A stretch of DNA of 64,000 nucleotides from positions 1,720 through 65,719 of the forward strand of contig VXOH01000036.1 of assembly GCA_009840135.1 (NCBI GenBank), written 5' to 3'. Position numbers and translations under genes: made by a program. Positions 35,969-45,282 of this stretch are shown piece after piece. Under the pieces are notes generated by a model, which did not search any database, had not been told where the DNA came from, and was given only the letters and a program-made list of their open reading frames with translations. Each line of letters starts with the position of its first letter. Position 1 is the stretch's first letter. This stretch comes from Chloroflexota bacterium. Lineage in GTDB: Bacteria; Chloroflexota; Dehalococcoidia; Lucifugimonadales; UBA3495.

Positions 35969-36883
35969 ATGGAAGAAATTACCGGTAAGTGGCTGCTGGA
36001 AACGGTTTACCCGGACTTGGCCGTAATGCTGAGAATTCAGCAGGTCTTGTATTCCGGCAAAACGGAATATCAACAGGTTGAGGTTGTTGAGTCCAACCTG
36101 TACGGACGCAGCCTGGTGCTCGATGGCAAGACCCAGTCAACCGAACGGGACGAGCACATTTACCATCAGGCCCTTGTCCACCCCTCTATGATTTCTCACC
36201 CCAACCCGGTCAGCGTCTTCATTGGCGGCGGCGGGGAAGGCGGAACACTCCGGGAAGTGCTTTCTCACCCCTCGGTGCAGCGGGCGGTTATGCTGGACTT
36301 GGACGAGCAGGTCGTTGAACTCTGCCGTCAACATTTGCCCAACCATCACCGGGGAAGTTTTGACGACCCCCGAGTCCAGCTCCTGCACCAGGATGCCCGG
36401 GAGTATCTGAACTCGCCTGGAGAGGGATTTGACGTAATGGTAATGGACCTGGTGGATCCCCTGGAGGGTGGACCCGCATACCTGCTTTACACACGGGAGT
36501 ATTACGAGATTGCCAGGTCCCGGCTGAAGGAAGGGGGGATTCTGGTGACCCAGTCGGGTCCGGCAGGATTGCTTAGCCACGAGGAGTGCTTCACCACCAT
36601 CAACCGCACCCTTTCGGCCACCTTTGCCCACTGCGTCTGCTATCAGGTCCACGTTCCAGCATTCCAGACCTTGTGGGGATTTAATATCGCTTCAGATTCA
36701 CCGATTCCCTCGCTCGGCGCCGAATCTGTGGATGAATTGCTGGCCCAGCGGCTGGGACGCGAGCTGGAATTCTACGACGGCGAAACCCACCTGAGTATGT
36801 TCAATCTGCCCAAATTCCTGCGCAACGGCATAGCCGCCGAGACTCGCGTCAATTTGGACGAGTCTCCGGTCTTCATGGTCTAG
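35969..36883 (+). CDS. speE: Spermidine synthase
   Basis: 304 aa. YQQVEVVES..YGRSLVLDG..Q, IGGGGEGGTLRE and VMVMDLVDP. Confidence 0.9.
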   Translation: MEEITGKWLLETVYPDLAVMLRIQQVLYSGKTEYQQVEVVESNLYGRSLVLDGKTQSTERDEHIYHQALVHPSMISHPNPVSVFIGGGGEGGTLREVLSHPSVQRAVMLDLDEQVVELCRQHLPNHHRGSFDDPRVQLLHQDAREYLNSPGEGFDVMVMDLVDPLEGGPAYLLYTREYYEIARSRLKEGGILVTQSGPAGLLSHEECFTTINRTLSATFAHCVCYQVHVPAFQTLWGFNIASDSPIPSLGAESVDELLAQRLGRELEFYDGETHLSMFNLPKFLRNGIAAETRVNLDESPVFMV

Positions 36884-37404
36884 GTCAACCTATCCCCTGC
36901 TTTCTCACTGTTGCCTGCCGCCTCAGCCAGTTCAGGAAAGCTCTCTAAACTCAATACTTCACCGGTTTCTTCCAGATGGTTAACCAGGGAGCGGATGGCG
37001 TCCGGGACTGGGCGTGTAGTACCGGTGTCTGCGTGGAATCCTACGTAAACCGCCTCCATGGTAGTCAACAACCGGTCCTCTTTCTCAGGGTAAATTTCCA
37101 CTTTCAGGGTCATGCTGGTGTTGCCTATTCTGGATACCCGCGCAAAAAGTTCCAGCACCTCATCAACCCTGGCGGGAGACTTGAACTCGAGGTCCGCCTT
37201 AACCACTGCGCTGTCGAAGTAATCATTCTGCGCGATTTTATAGATGGAAAAGCCCAGATTGCGGAAATACTCCGCCTGGGCAATTTCCAGATATCCCATG
37301 TAAGCCCCGTTGAACACGATGCCCTGGGCGTCGCACTCCATCCAGCGTACCCGTACCGTAGTGGAAAAATTGAACTCGTTCTTTGGCATTGTCCCCCTAA
37401 CCAT
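36880..37404 (-). CDS. Acyl-CoA thioesterase (4HBT/YbgC hotdog fold)
   Basis: 174 aa. VRVRWMECDAQGIVFNGAYMGYLE. Convergent 4-nt overlap with speE. Confidence 0.75.
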   Translation of the reverse strand: MVRGTMPKNEFNFSTTVRVRWMECDAQGIVFNGAYMGYLEIAQAEYFRNLGFSIYKIAQNDYFDSAVVKADLEFKSPARVDEVLELFARVSRIGNTSMTLKVEIYPEKEDRLLTTMEAVYVGFHADTGTTRPVPDAIRSLVNHLEETGEVLSLESFPELAEAAGNSEKAGDRLT

Positions 37405-37427
37405 GTACCTGGATGGGTCTGGGCAAC

Positions 37428-38213
37428 CTAAGCGGTAGGGTTTGAACCTGATTCAATACCGCCATCGTCAACCGAGTATCCCAGGCCTGCCAGGAACTTC
37501 TCGTCGTCAGCCGACAGCTCCGCCCTTGCCAGCAAGTCGGGCCGGCTCCGGAGGGTGCGACGCAGGGATTCCTCCCTCCGCCAGCGCTCAATATTCGCAT
37601 GATGGCCGGACAGGAGTATTTCGGGGACCCCGATTCCCCGAAAATCGGCGGGGCGGGTGTAAAGGGGATGTTGCAACAGTCCTGAGGTAATGGAGTCTTC
37701 CTGAACATTCTCCGCTGATCCCACCACCCCCGGCGTAAACCGGGAAACTGCATCAACCAGCACCATTGCCGCCAATTCCCCGCCGGTCAGAACGTAATCG
37801 CCTATGCTCACGTCGTGGGTCGCGAGATGGGTCCGCACCCGCTCGTCAACGCCGGCATAGTGCCCGCACAATATAACCAGACCCGGGGCGGCGGCCAATT
37901 CCAGCACCAGCTCCTGGTCCAGTTTCCTGCCTTGGGGCGACAACAACACTATGGGGAACTCGGTACTTCGCCCCTTCCCATACGGTAAGAGCGTGTCCGC
38001 AACGGCATCAAAGATGGGCTCGGGCTTCAATACCATGCCATGCCCGCCGCCGAACTGATAGTCGTCTGCGGTGCCGTGAGCGTCCGTAGTGTAAGAGCGA
38101 ATGTCGGTGATCTGGACGGAAAGCAGACCGCGCTGGATGGCCCGCCCCAGCATGCTGTGCCGCACGGGTCCTTCAAAGGCTTCGGGAAACAGGGTAAGTA
38201 TGTGAAACCTCAT
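37428..38213 (-). CDS. trmD: tRNA (guanine37-N1)-methyltransferase
   Basis: MRFHILTLFPEAF, DDYQFGGGHGMVLKPEP, CGHYAGVDERV and LTGGE. The maximal ORF starts 3 codons upstream (TTG 38222). ATG 38213 gives the canonical N-terminus. Confidence 0.9.
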   Translation of the reverse strand: MRFHILTLFPEAFEGPVRHSMLGRAIQRGLLSVQITDIRSYTTDAHGTADDYQFGGGHGMVLKPEPIFDAVADTLLPYGKGRSTEFPIVLLSPQGRKLDQELVLELAAAPGLVILCGHYAGVDERVRTHLATHDVSIGDYVLTGGELAAMVLVDAVSRFTPGVVGSAENVQEDSITSGLLQHPLYTRPADFRGIGVPEILLSGHHANIERWRREESLRRTLRSRPDLLARAELSADDEKFLAGLGYSVDDGGIESGSNPTA

Positions 38214-38292
38214 AGCTGCCAAACAACTGCGGGCCGGCCCTACCAGGGACCGACCCGCCTAATGCTCTCAGGGTGTAAAGGGGGGTAACTTC

Positions 38293-39543
38293 CTATGCGA
38301 CCGACTGAGGTTCCCTTACGGGCAAATTGTCCACCGCCAATTCTCCACCCTTCATGACCATTTTCATGCTTTCCGGGCGGCGCAGCGCTTCAATGTCCTT
38401 AAGGGGGTCACCGTCAATCACCAGCAGGTCGGCGAACTTTCCCTTGGTTATGGTACCTATGTCCTTGTCAAGTCCAACGCATTCGGCGGCCCATCCCGTG
38501 CAGGCCTGGATGGCCTGCATATTGGACATCCCCTTCTCCACCAGGATCTGCACCTCACGGGCATTATCGCCGTGGACATAGCCGCCGGCATCAGTCCCGG
38601 CCACCACCTTAACTCCGGCGGCCAGCGCCTGGTGCATGGTGTCCCGGTGAATGTCCATCAGGGCCCGGGAGCGGGCCTGCATGTGGGGAGCGCTGAGGGT
38701 TGCGTGGAATTCATAAATCTCAAAGGTAGGCACCAGGAAGGTACCTTTATCGGCCATCATCTTGAGCAGGTCCGGGTCTTCGGCCAGATAGCAGCCGTGC
38801 TCCACGGAATTTGCCCCTGCCTCCACGCACATGCGCAGGCCCGGGCCTCCCACGGCGTGGCACATGGTGCGCCGGCCAAGGGCTCGGGATTCCTCAACCA
38901 ATGCCCGTACTTCCGTGGGCCCGAATGCAATGTCCAGCGGGCCATGCCCGGGCCGGGAACTGGCCCCCCCGGTGGTGGCGAATTTGATGACGTCGGCTCC
39001 CACACGGCACATTTCCCGCACTTTGGCGCGAACCGGGTCGTCCCCGTCGGCTACCCCGGAGGGAATCATGGGATCGTCGTGGGGAAAACACTGTCCGGAG
39101 GGGGTAACCTTGTCCGCCAATCCTCCCGTGGGGGAGATTATGGCCACGGATACCACCAGCCTGGGGCCTGGGTACATACCCATCTCAACGGCCTGCTTGA
39201 ATCCGGCATCCAGCCCCCCTCCGTCTCTGACGCAGGTGTAGCCGGCCTGCAGAGTCTGTTCCAGGACCTTGGCGGTCCGCAAATGCTGGAGGGAGAGCGG
39301 TGCGTCAAAGCCCATGCGGCTCGCCAGCCCATAGTCCTTGGAAGCCAGGTGGTCGTGACAGTCAATCATTCCCGGCATTACCGTCATGCCGGAAACGTCA
39401 ACCACCTCGGTGCGAGGCGGCAGCTCCACGGCGAGGCGGTGACCCGTCTCAACTATTCGCTCCCCGTCTATCAACACAGTGGCATCGTTAAGGACCGGCC
39501 CACCCGTGCCGTCAATCAAGTTCGCTCCAACAAGGGCCTTCAT
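38293..39543 (-). CDS. Amidohydrolase-family metallohydrolase (Xaa-Pro dipeptidase / imidazolonepropionase-like)
   Basis: MKALVGANLIDGTG, PGMIDCHDHL, CHAVG and GTDAG. GGGGGAGG lies 7 nt upstream of ATG 39543; the longer ORF back to 39705 has no SD. Confidence 0.8.
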   Translation of the reverse strand: MKALVGANLIDGTGGPVLNDATVLIDGERIVETGHRLAVELPPRTEVVDVSGMTVMPGMIDCHDHLASKDYGLASRMGFDAPLSLQHLRTAKVLEQTLQAGYTCVRDGGGLDAGFKQAVEMGMYPGPRLVVSVAIISPTGGLADKVTPSGQCFPHDDPMIPSGVADGDDPVRAKVREMCRVGADVIKFATTGGASSRPGHGPLDIAFGPTEVRALVEESRALGRRTMCHAVGGPGLRMCVEAGANSVEHGCYLAEDPDLLKMMADKGTFLVPTFEIYEFHATLSAPHMQARSRALMDIHRDTMHQALAAGVKVVAGTDAGGYVHGDNAREVQILVEKGMSNMQAIQACTGWAAECVGLDKDIGTITKGKFADLLVIDGDPLKDIEALRRPESMKMVMKGGELAVDNLPVREPQSVA

Positions 39544-39620
39544 TGTGGTACCTCCCCCGCAGGTTAAATCTAGGGCCATCCGAGGGTTAAATTCCAGCAG
39601 ATTGAGAGCAACCGGCGCCA

Positions 39621-39647
39621 GTGTGTTCAAGCTAGTGTGTTCAACAC
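39621..39647. promoter_or_regulatory. Tandem direct repeat GTGTGTTCAA x2 (the second copy is part of the palindrome GTGTTCAACAC): candidate operator
   Basis: Copies at 39621-39630 and 39635-39644 (14-nt periodicity). The palindrome at 39637-39647 lies ~80-100 nt upstream of the amidohydrolase start on the minus strand. Confidence 0.3.
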
Positions 39648-39958
39648 GGTGTTTCCAAGGTTGAGAGCGCCGTCTGGTTTCTGTTGGCCGGCATGTCCGC
39701 TTCAAGTTGCTGTTAGGCTAATTAACCCCTATTCCCTTGTCAAGGCTACCCGGTGCTCGGACGTTTTTCTCCGTGGGGCACGAAGTTCTATTGGGCGGTC
39801 GGTCGCTACATAAGACGCCGGGAGCAGGAATCTGGCCGGAAAATGCAGGCGTTCAAATAGGTTGTCCGGGTATCAGTTCTTGTAAGCTGTTATTATCGGC
39901 TCCGTATTCGGCGGCTCAGTTCAGGACCGCCAGATAAGAACAGGGTGTTGGGGGGTGT

Positions 39959-41011
39959 ATGAAGGGAATGTTCCAGCATTTCGATGGCGTCAGCCTTCGC
40001 TATTTGGTGGTGGCCGCCTCAATTTTCGCTCTGATCTCCGGTTGTTCGTTCCTGCCCGGGAGCGACAGTGGAATAGTGTATGTTTCCGACACGGATGGAG
40101 ACCAGGAAATCTATATTCTCGACCCGGAAACCGGTGAGTCATCACGCCTGACCAACAACGGCAGCGCCGACGAAGACCCCAGGTGGTCCCACGACGGGCA
40201 GCAAATTGCCTACGTTTCCAGGGAGACAGGCGACAAGGAGATTAACGTAATTGACAAGGAAGGGAACCAGTTCAGCCGCCTGACCAATAACCCGGGCCTG
40301 GACGCCTCGCCCCGTTGGTCGCCGACAGAGCAAAAACTGGCTTTCGTTTCTGAGGTCGAGGAAGACGGCAAAGACCGCACCGAAATTTATTCCGTTGCCA
40401 TCGAAGACCGGGAGGTCAGCCAAGTAACCTTCGAAGGCTCCGTCGAGGAACTGGGAGACTGGTCACCGGACGGCGAGTGGGTAGTTTTCTATAACCAGGC
40501 GCCGGAAGAAGACCAGGGCCTTTGGCTGAGAAATCCGGAGGGCGTAAACCTGGTGCGGCTTACCGAGGGCGACGATATGAACCCCTGCTGGGCGCCCGAC
40601 GGCAATTCCATTGCCTTCGTTCGCCAGCAGGAAGATGCCCAGGCGATTTACCTGGCGCGCAGAATCAAGGGCGGGTCCTGGGAAGACGGTGTGGACGAAA
40701 CCCGGCTGACTCACGGCGGTTTTGATAACTTCTCCCCGGCGTGGCATCCCAACAGTAAAACCATTGCCTTCGTTTCAAACCGGGACGGCAATTCCGAGAT
40801 CTACACCATGCAGGCGGATGGGGCGAATCAACAACGCCTTACCAGCAACAAGGCCGGAGATTCATCCCCGGTATGGTCGCCCAGTGGCAAACAACTGGCC
40901 TTTGTTACGGACCTTTACGGTTCCGCAGACATTCTGGTAATGAACTCCGACGGCAGCCAGCAGCGCCGGCTGACCAAGAACGGGGGGGACGACATAACCC
41001 CTGACTGGTAA
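39959..41011 (+). CDS. TolB-like beta-propeller (PD40 repeat) lipoprotein
   Basis: 350 aa. Lipobox ALISGC after a hydrophobic N-terminus. Repeated D..P.WSPDG..IAFVS PD40 units. Confidence 0.75.
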   Translation: MKGMFQHFDGVSLRYLVVAASIFALISGCSFLPGSDSGIVYVSDTDGDQEIYILDPETGESSRLTNNGSADEDPRWSHDGQQIAYVSRETGDKEINVIDKEGNQFSRLTNNPGLDASPRWSPTEQKLAFVSEVEEDGKDRTEIYSVAIEDREVSQVTFEGSVEELGDWSPDGEWVVFYNQAPEEDQGLWLRNPEGVNLVRLTEGDDMNPCWAPDGNSIAFVRQQEDAQAIYLARRIKGGSWEDGVDETRLTHGGFDNFSPAWHPNSKTIAFVSNRDGNSEIYTMQADGANQQRLTSNKAGDSSPVWSPSGKQLAFVTDLYGSADILVMNSDGSQQRRLTKNGGDDITPDW

Positions 41012-41157
41012 ACGCCACTTGTTCAGAACGGGAGTATTGACCGAAGTAGGGAGGAGCTGGCCGATTACGGATTTAGGCAAAAGCGCGCGATCTTCATAGA
41101 CCTGGAACTAACGAACTCTTCCTAACCTGAGGACGGTTCTGCATAACAACTCCGGTA

Positions 41158-41188
41158 GGGGCAGCCACAAGGGCTGCCCCGTTTCGTT
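41158..41188 (+). terminator. Rho-independent-type terminator downstream of the TolB-like gene
   Basis: GGGGCAGCC (41158-41166), loop ACAAG, GGCTGCCCC (41172-41180), then GTTTCGTT. Confidence 0.55.
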
Positions 41189-41326
41189 AGGGATATCCTC
41201 TGGGGAATTAGCGCGACGACGGCAGAGGTTTTTCGACAAGCAGTTTCAGCGGTGCTAGACTGCTGATGAGGGGTTTCCCCGCGCCTTCCCCGCGCCTTAA
41301 ATCCCATCAGGCACAGGCCAAACGAT

Positions 41327-41923
41327 ATGGATCCTGCCCAAATAGCGCCGATAATGGGACGCCTTTGGTCTCCCCTGGCTGCCGTCACCAGCCATCATGA
41401 CGGTAAGTTCAACGCCCAGATTGCAGTAGCTATCTCGGCAGCCTCCATAGTGCCTGACCGCCCCCGGGTAGTGGTGCAGATTTACAAAGGGAACTATAGC
41501 CACGGCCTCATCTGGGCAAACGGTTCCTTTGCCCTGAATTTCTTGACTGCCCACCAGCTGAACTTCATCAAGGAGTTTGGGCTGGCCTCCGGCGCCGACC
41601 GGAACAAGCTTGAAGGGTTCGCGTGGCAAATGGGGGAACTGGGCAACCCGATATTCAAGGAATGTGCCGGTCACCTGGAATGCCAGGTTATCAACGCCAT
41701 GGATGGCGGGGACATGACCTGCTTTCTGGCAAATGTAGTTGATGGGGCCGCTTTTGCTGACAAAATGCCCCTGACCTGGCGGGAGGCGCGTCGTCTGATT
41801 CCCAAAGAGTGGAACGATGCTTGGGAAAGCCGCATAGGCGCCGAAATAGAGGTTTCTAGAAAGAAGATGGATCAGGTGGACGCCGCCGCCTGGCACAATC
41901 CCGGCAATCGGGCAGGAAACTGA
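41327..41923 (+). CDS. Flavin reductase-like (FMN-binding split-barrel) protein
   Basis: 198 aa. PLAAVTSHHDGKFNAQIAV..SAASIVP and NFL. Ends with TGA. Confidence 0.7.
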   Translation: MDPAQIAPIMGRLWSPLAAVTSHHDGKFNAQIAVAISAASIVPDRPRVVVQIYKGNYSHGLIWANGSFALNFLTAHQLNFIKEFGLASGADRNKLEGFAWQMGELGNPIFKECAGHLECQVINAMDGGDMTCFLANVVDGAAFADKMPLTWREARRLIPKEWNDAWESRIGAEIEVSRKKMDQVDAAAWHNPGNRAGN

Positions 41924-41932
41924 AGTGAGCAG

Positions 41933-43081
41933 ATGGATTCGAACATAGAACGCGTAATCACCCAGATGCACGATACGCCCCACAAGTCCGTGCTGGTTGT
42001 AGCGGGAGCCGGCAGCAGCGCTATGTCCTGGTTGTTGGGTGTCTCCGGAGCGTCCCGCACGATTCTCGAGACCCTGGTACCCTACGGTCGCCTGTCTATG
42101 ATTGACCTGGTTGGAGAGGAACCGTCTCAGTATGTGTCCGAACAGAATGCCAGGGCTATGGCCTACGCGGCCTATTGCAGAGGGATGGATTTGCGGGAGG
42201 ACGACTCCCCGGTGGTTGGCGTGGCATGTACGGCCACTATCGCTACCGACCGGCCCAAGCGGGGCGACCACCGCGCCTGCATCGCCACCTGGGACGAGAG
42301 GCGAACATTTGGCTGCAACCTGGTCATTGACAAGGGAAAGCGCGACAGAACCGGCGAGGAGGAGCTGGTCAGCCGCCTGCTGATACAGGCCATGGCCAGG
42401 TCTTTTGGCGTGGAATCCGAATTTGAGATCGGTTTTACGGCGGCTGAGAGTCCGGAAGTAACCTCTGCCAACCACGACAGCCCGGTCCAAAGACTCCTAC
42501 GGGGGGAGGTTGATCTGGTTAAAGCCGGGCTGGAAGGTAAATTGTCTGCGGTTGAGTCGGGAAAACACGAGCCAGCGGCGGTGCTTCCCGGCTCTTTCAA
42601 TCCCCTGCATGAAGGCCATATGCGCCTGGCAGCCGTGGCCCGGGCAATGACCGGCATGGACCTGGTTTACGAACTGGCTGTATTAAACGTTGACAAGCCT
42701 CCTTTAGAAGAGGAAGAAGTCCTGCGGCGTATCGCCGGCATTGGGGGAGGCGCTCCCGTAGCTCTGACCAGGACGCCAACTTTCCGCCTCAAGGCGCGGA
42801 TATTCCCTGGAAGCGTGTTCGTAATAGGTTGGGACACGATGGTTCGCCTGATTGATCCAAAATATTACGGCGGGTCGGAGGCGGACATGCTGACGGCGCT
42901 GGCGGAAATCTGGGCGCAGGGCTGCCGATTCCTGGTGGCGGGGAGGGAGAACCAGGGTTCGTTCAGGACGCTGGACGAGGTGGCTGTCCCGCAAGGATTT
43001 CAACCCCTGTTCCAGGCTATACCCGAGGACAAATTTCGGGCCGATATCTCTTCGACTGAGTTGAGGAATAGGGGCAGGTAG
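41933..43081 (+). CDS. Two-domain protein: CinA/PncC-like N-terminal domain fused to an HxGH nucleotidyltransferase (NMN/NaMN adenylyltransferase-like) domain
   Basis: 382 aa. The N-terminal half resembles the CinA C-terminal domain (VAGAGSSAMSWLLGVSGASRT...VSEQNARAMA...GVACTATIATD). The C-terminal half carries GSFNPLHEGH. Confidence 0.55.
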   Translation: MDSNIERVITQMHDTPHKSVLVVAGAGSSAMSWLLGVSGASRTILETLVPYGRLSMIDLVGEEPSQYVSEQNARAMAYAAYCRGMDLREDDSPVVGVACTATIATDRPKRGDHRACIATWDERRTFGCNLVIDKGKRDRTGEEELVSRLLIQAMARSFGVESEFEIGFTAAESPEVTSANHDSPVQRLLRGEVDLVKAGLEGKLSAVESGKHEPAAVLPGSFNPLHEGHMRLAAVARAMTGMDLVYELAVLNVDKPPLEEEEVLRRIAGIGGGAPVALTRTPTFRLKARIFPGSVFVIGWDTMVRLIDPKYYGGSEADMLTALAEIWAQGCRFLVAGRENQGSFRTLDEVAVPQGFQPLFQAIPEDKFRADISSTELRNRGR

Positions 43082-43190
43082 TCAAGTCTGGTGCGCCAGT
43101 GTGGTGGCTCGTGCAAGTGTTGGAGCCTGGCCCCGGGTTTTTCCCGACGCGGGCGTGGGGTCGAGTCTTGAGCTTCGATAAATTCCTAAA

Positions 43191-43219
43191 TTGACACCCT
43201 AGATACCCGGTGCTATCAT
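43191..43219 (+). promoter_or_regulatory. Candidate promoter of the nuo operon
   Basis: TTGACA (43191-43196), 17-nt spacer, TATCAT (43214-43219) preceded by TGc. Confidence 0.55.
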
Positions 43220-43258
43220 TTTTCCGCTGTTCCCAAAGGGGCCATCCAACTTTAGCTG

Positions 43259-43660
43259 GTGGTTTTAGTGCCTTTCGACCCCAACATTTATGCTGCCAAC
43301 TGGACAATGGTGACCCTATCCGCCATTGTTGCCGTCGTTGCCATCGGGGGAATGTTCCTGGCAAGCCGCATCCTCTCCTCGCGGCGCCCCTCAGCAACCA
43401 AGCTAACCACCTACGAGTGTGGAATTGAACCGGCCCGCTATTCCTGGTCCAACATCAACCTTCGCTTCTACATCTTTGCCATCCTCTTCCTTATATTTGA
43501 CGTGGAAGCGGTATTCCTCTTTCCCTGGGCGGTAATTTTCCTGGAGCAGCGGGACCTGGGCAATTCCATTCCCTTCTACGCCATGGTGCTTTTCCTCGGC
43601 GTCCTCTTCTTTGCGATCATTTACGGCTGGAAGAAAGGGGTCCTTGAATGGCAGAAATAA
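43259..43660 (+). CDS. nuoA: NADH-quinone oxidoreductase subunit A
   Basis: 133 aa, 3 TM. YECGIEP and [14 protein letters not shown]. Confidence 0.9.
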   Translation: MVLVPFDPNIYAANWTMVTLSAIVAVVAIGGMFLASRILSSRRPSATKLTTYECGIEPARYSWSNINLRFYIFAILFLIFDVEAVFLFPWAVIFLEQRDLGNSIPFYAMVLFLGVLFFAIIYGWKKGVLEWQK

Positions 43661-44178
43661 TTTTGGGTCCCGGCAACACTCCTGCTCCCAGCCTCCTGAC
43701 CCAGGCGACGGCGGGCAAGGTGCCTGGCGTTGTGACCACGACGTCGGAGCAGCTGTTCGGAATGGCCCGCAAGTCATCCCTGTGGATGTTGAGCTTCGGG
43801 CTGGCCTGTTGCGCCATCGAAATGATTTCCACTTACATGGCCCATCACGATTTCGACCGTTTCGGCGTTGTGACCTGGCCTTCTCCGCGCCAGTCGGACG
43901 TGATGATTGTGGCCGGTACGGTGGTAAAGAAGATGGCTGAACCCATCCGGCTGCTCTACGAACAGATGCCCGACCCCAAGTGGGTCATCGCCATGGGCAG
44001 CTGCGCCACCAACGGTGGACCCTATTACCGGTCTTATTCAGTGGTCATGGGGGTTGACCACATTATTCCGGTGGACGTGTATGTGCCCGGTTGCCCTCCG
44101 CGTCCGGAGGCTTTGCTGTTCGGGATCCTGAAATTGCAGGAAAAAATCATGCAGGACGCGAAGAACAGTGGCCGCTAA
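43648..44178 (+). CDS. nuoB: NADH-quinone oxidoreductase subunit B
   Basis: 176 aa. [18 protein letters not shown] and GCPPRPE. Overlaps nuoA by 13 nt. Confidence 0.95.
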   Translation: MAEIILGPGNTPAPSLLTQATAGKVPGVVTTTSEQLFGMARKSSLWMLSFGLACCAIEMISTYMAHHDFDRFGVVTWPSPRQSDVMIVAGTVVKKMAEPIRLLYEQMPDPKWVIAMGSCATNGGPYYRSYSVVMGVDHIIPVDVYVPGCPPRPEALLFGILKLQEKIMQDAKNSGR

Positions 44179-44698
44179 TCGCCACTCCGGTCATCACGGC
44201 GAGACCGAAGCTGAACAGCCCGATTATTCCGTGCTGTCCGAGGGCAGTTTGGAAACGCTGGAGACAGCGGAGAAACTGTTCAGTGAATTTAATCCCCATC
44301 GGGGCCTCCTCAAAGACCTTCCCCAGTTGACCCTGGAAGCTTCGGCAATTGACCAGGCCTGCCAGATCGCCAAGAATGATCCCTCCCTTTCCTTGAAGAT
44401 GCTGTTGTGCATGTCCTGCGTGGATTACGAAGAGCGGCTTCAGATGGTCTATTTCCTGCACTCCCTGGAGAAAGAGAGGACGCTGGTGATTAAGGCGGAC
44501 CTCCCCCTCGAGGAACCGGTTATTCCATCCGTTTCCCACGTATGGGCCGCGGCAGAGTGGTACGAGAGGGAGGCCAGGGACCTGTTTGGCGTAGCTTTCC
44601 AGGGTAATCCTGATGATGCTCCCCTGCTTTTGTATGAGGGATTTGGCGACCATCCTGGCCGCAAGAGCTATCCCTTCTATGAATACCGGGAGTTTTAG
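44168..44698 (+). CDS. nuoC: NADH-quinone oxidoreductase subunit C
   Basis: 176 aa. [19 protein letters not shown]...LL. Confidence 0.9.
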   Translation: MAANRHSGHHGETEAEQPDYSVLSEGSLETLETAEKLFSEFNPHRGLLKDLPQLTLEASAIDQACQIAKNDPSLSLKMLLCMSCVDYEERLQMVYFLHSLEKERTLVIKADLPLEEPVIPSVSHVWAAAEWYEREARDLFGVAFQGNPDDAPLLLYEGFGDHPGRKSYPFYEYREF

Positions 44699-44700
44699 GC

Positions 44701-44946
44701 ATGGAAACCACCGTCTTGACCGCAAGGGTGGCTTGGCAGGACGGTCGGTATGTGGCAGTGATTGAGGGCCTGGACCTGGAGGCCGCCGGCGAGACTGTCG
44801 AGGACGCCCAAAACGAGTTAATCCAGTTGATGAGAAACTGGATTGAAATTCAGGATGGCAGGAGTCTGCTGGAAGAGACCCTGGCAATGGCGGGATTCCC
44901 GGGCGTGCAAGAGGACACGGAACTGCAACTGGAGTTCGTTGACTGA
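44701..44946 (+). CDS. HicB-fold (UPF0150-like) small protein, paralog 1, embedded in the nuo operon
   Basis: 81 aa. The ATG is 2 nt after the nuoC TAG. DGRYVAVIEGLDLEAAGETVEDAQNELIQLMRNWIE matches the HicB-like N-terminal pattern (G.Y.A..P.L....G.T.EEA......A....). Confidence 0.65.
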   Translation: METTVLTARVAWQDGRYVAVIEGLDLEAAGETVEDAQNELIQLMRNWIEIQDGRSLLEETLAMAGFPGVQEDTELQLEFVD

Positions 44947-45012
44947 GGCGGGTTTATATCGAGGCTGTTGCCTGATTTTGAAAACGGGCAGTTTACTTGA
45001 AGCAGGACGTAC

Positions 45013-45282
45013 TTGGACAAAATCGTTTACCAGGTTGAGGAATCGCGAGAGGGCAGGTATTTTCTGGCTTATTGCCCCGAGCTGGTGATAACCGGATTCG
45101 GCGATACAGCGGACGAAGCGAAGACTTCCTTACGGAAGGAGATTTCCACTTACCTGGAGGATTGCGAATCCATGGGCATACTGGACGAGGTCCTGATTGA
45201 TGCCGGCTTTTACGACAACGACGAAGTCTGGATGAGCAGTCTTGTAACCCCACCGAGAGAGCCAAAGATAGAGTTTCTGTAG
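45013..45282 (+). CDS. HicB-fold (UPF0150-like) small protein, paralog 2
   Basis: 89 aa, TTG start 5 nt after AGGA. EGRYFLAYCPELVITGFGDTADEAKTSLRKEISTYLED. Shares GRY, G.T..(D/E)A, LL/ILDE.L..AGF and a terminal .EF. with paralog 1. Confidence 0.7.
   Translation: MDKIVYQVEESREGRYFLAYCPELVITGFGDTADEAKTSLRKEISTYLEDCESMGILDEVLIDAGFYDNDEVWMSSLVTPPREPKIEFL

Noticed and set aside
39544-39705. The 54-codon N-terminal extension of the amidohydrolase ORF (MKRTCRPTETRRRSQ...)
   Set aside because: It is Arg-rich and unlike the family N-terminus. A strong SD (GGGGGAGG) precedes the internal ATG 39543, which yields the canonical MKALVGANLIDG start.
41921-41935. The TGA between the flavin reductase and the CinA-like fusion as a Sec codon fusing the two proteins
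   Set aside because: The TGA is not at a conserved Cys position. The downstream ATG has its own purine-rich upstream sequence, and sharing a frame is expected by chance one time in three. It is kept only as a low-priority check within the finding at 41327-43081.
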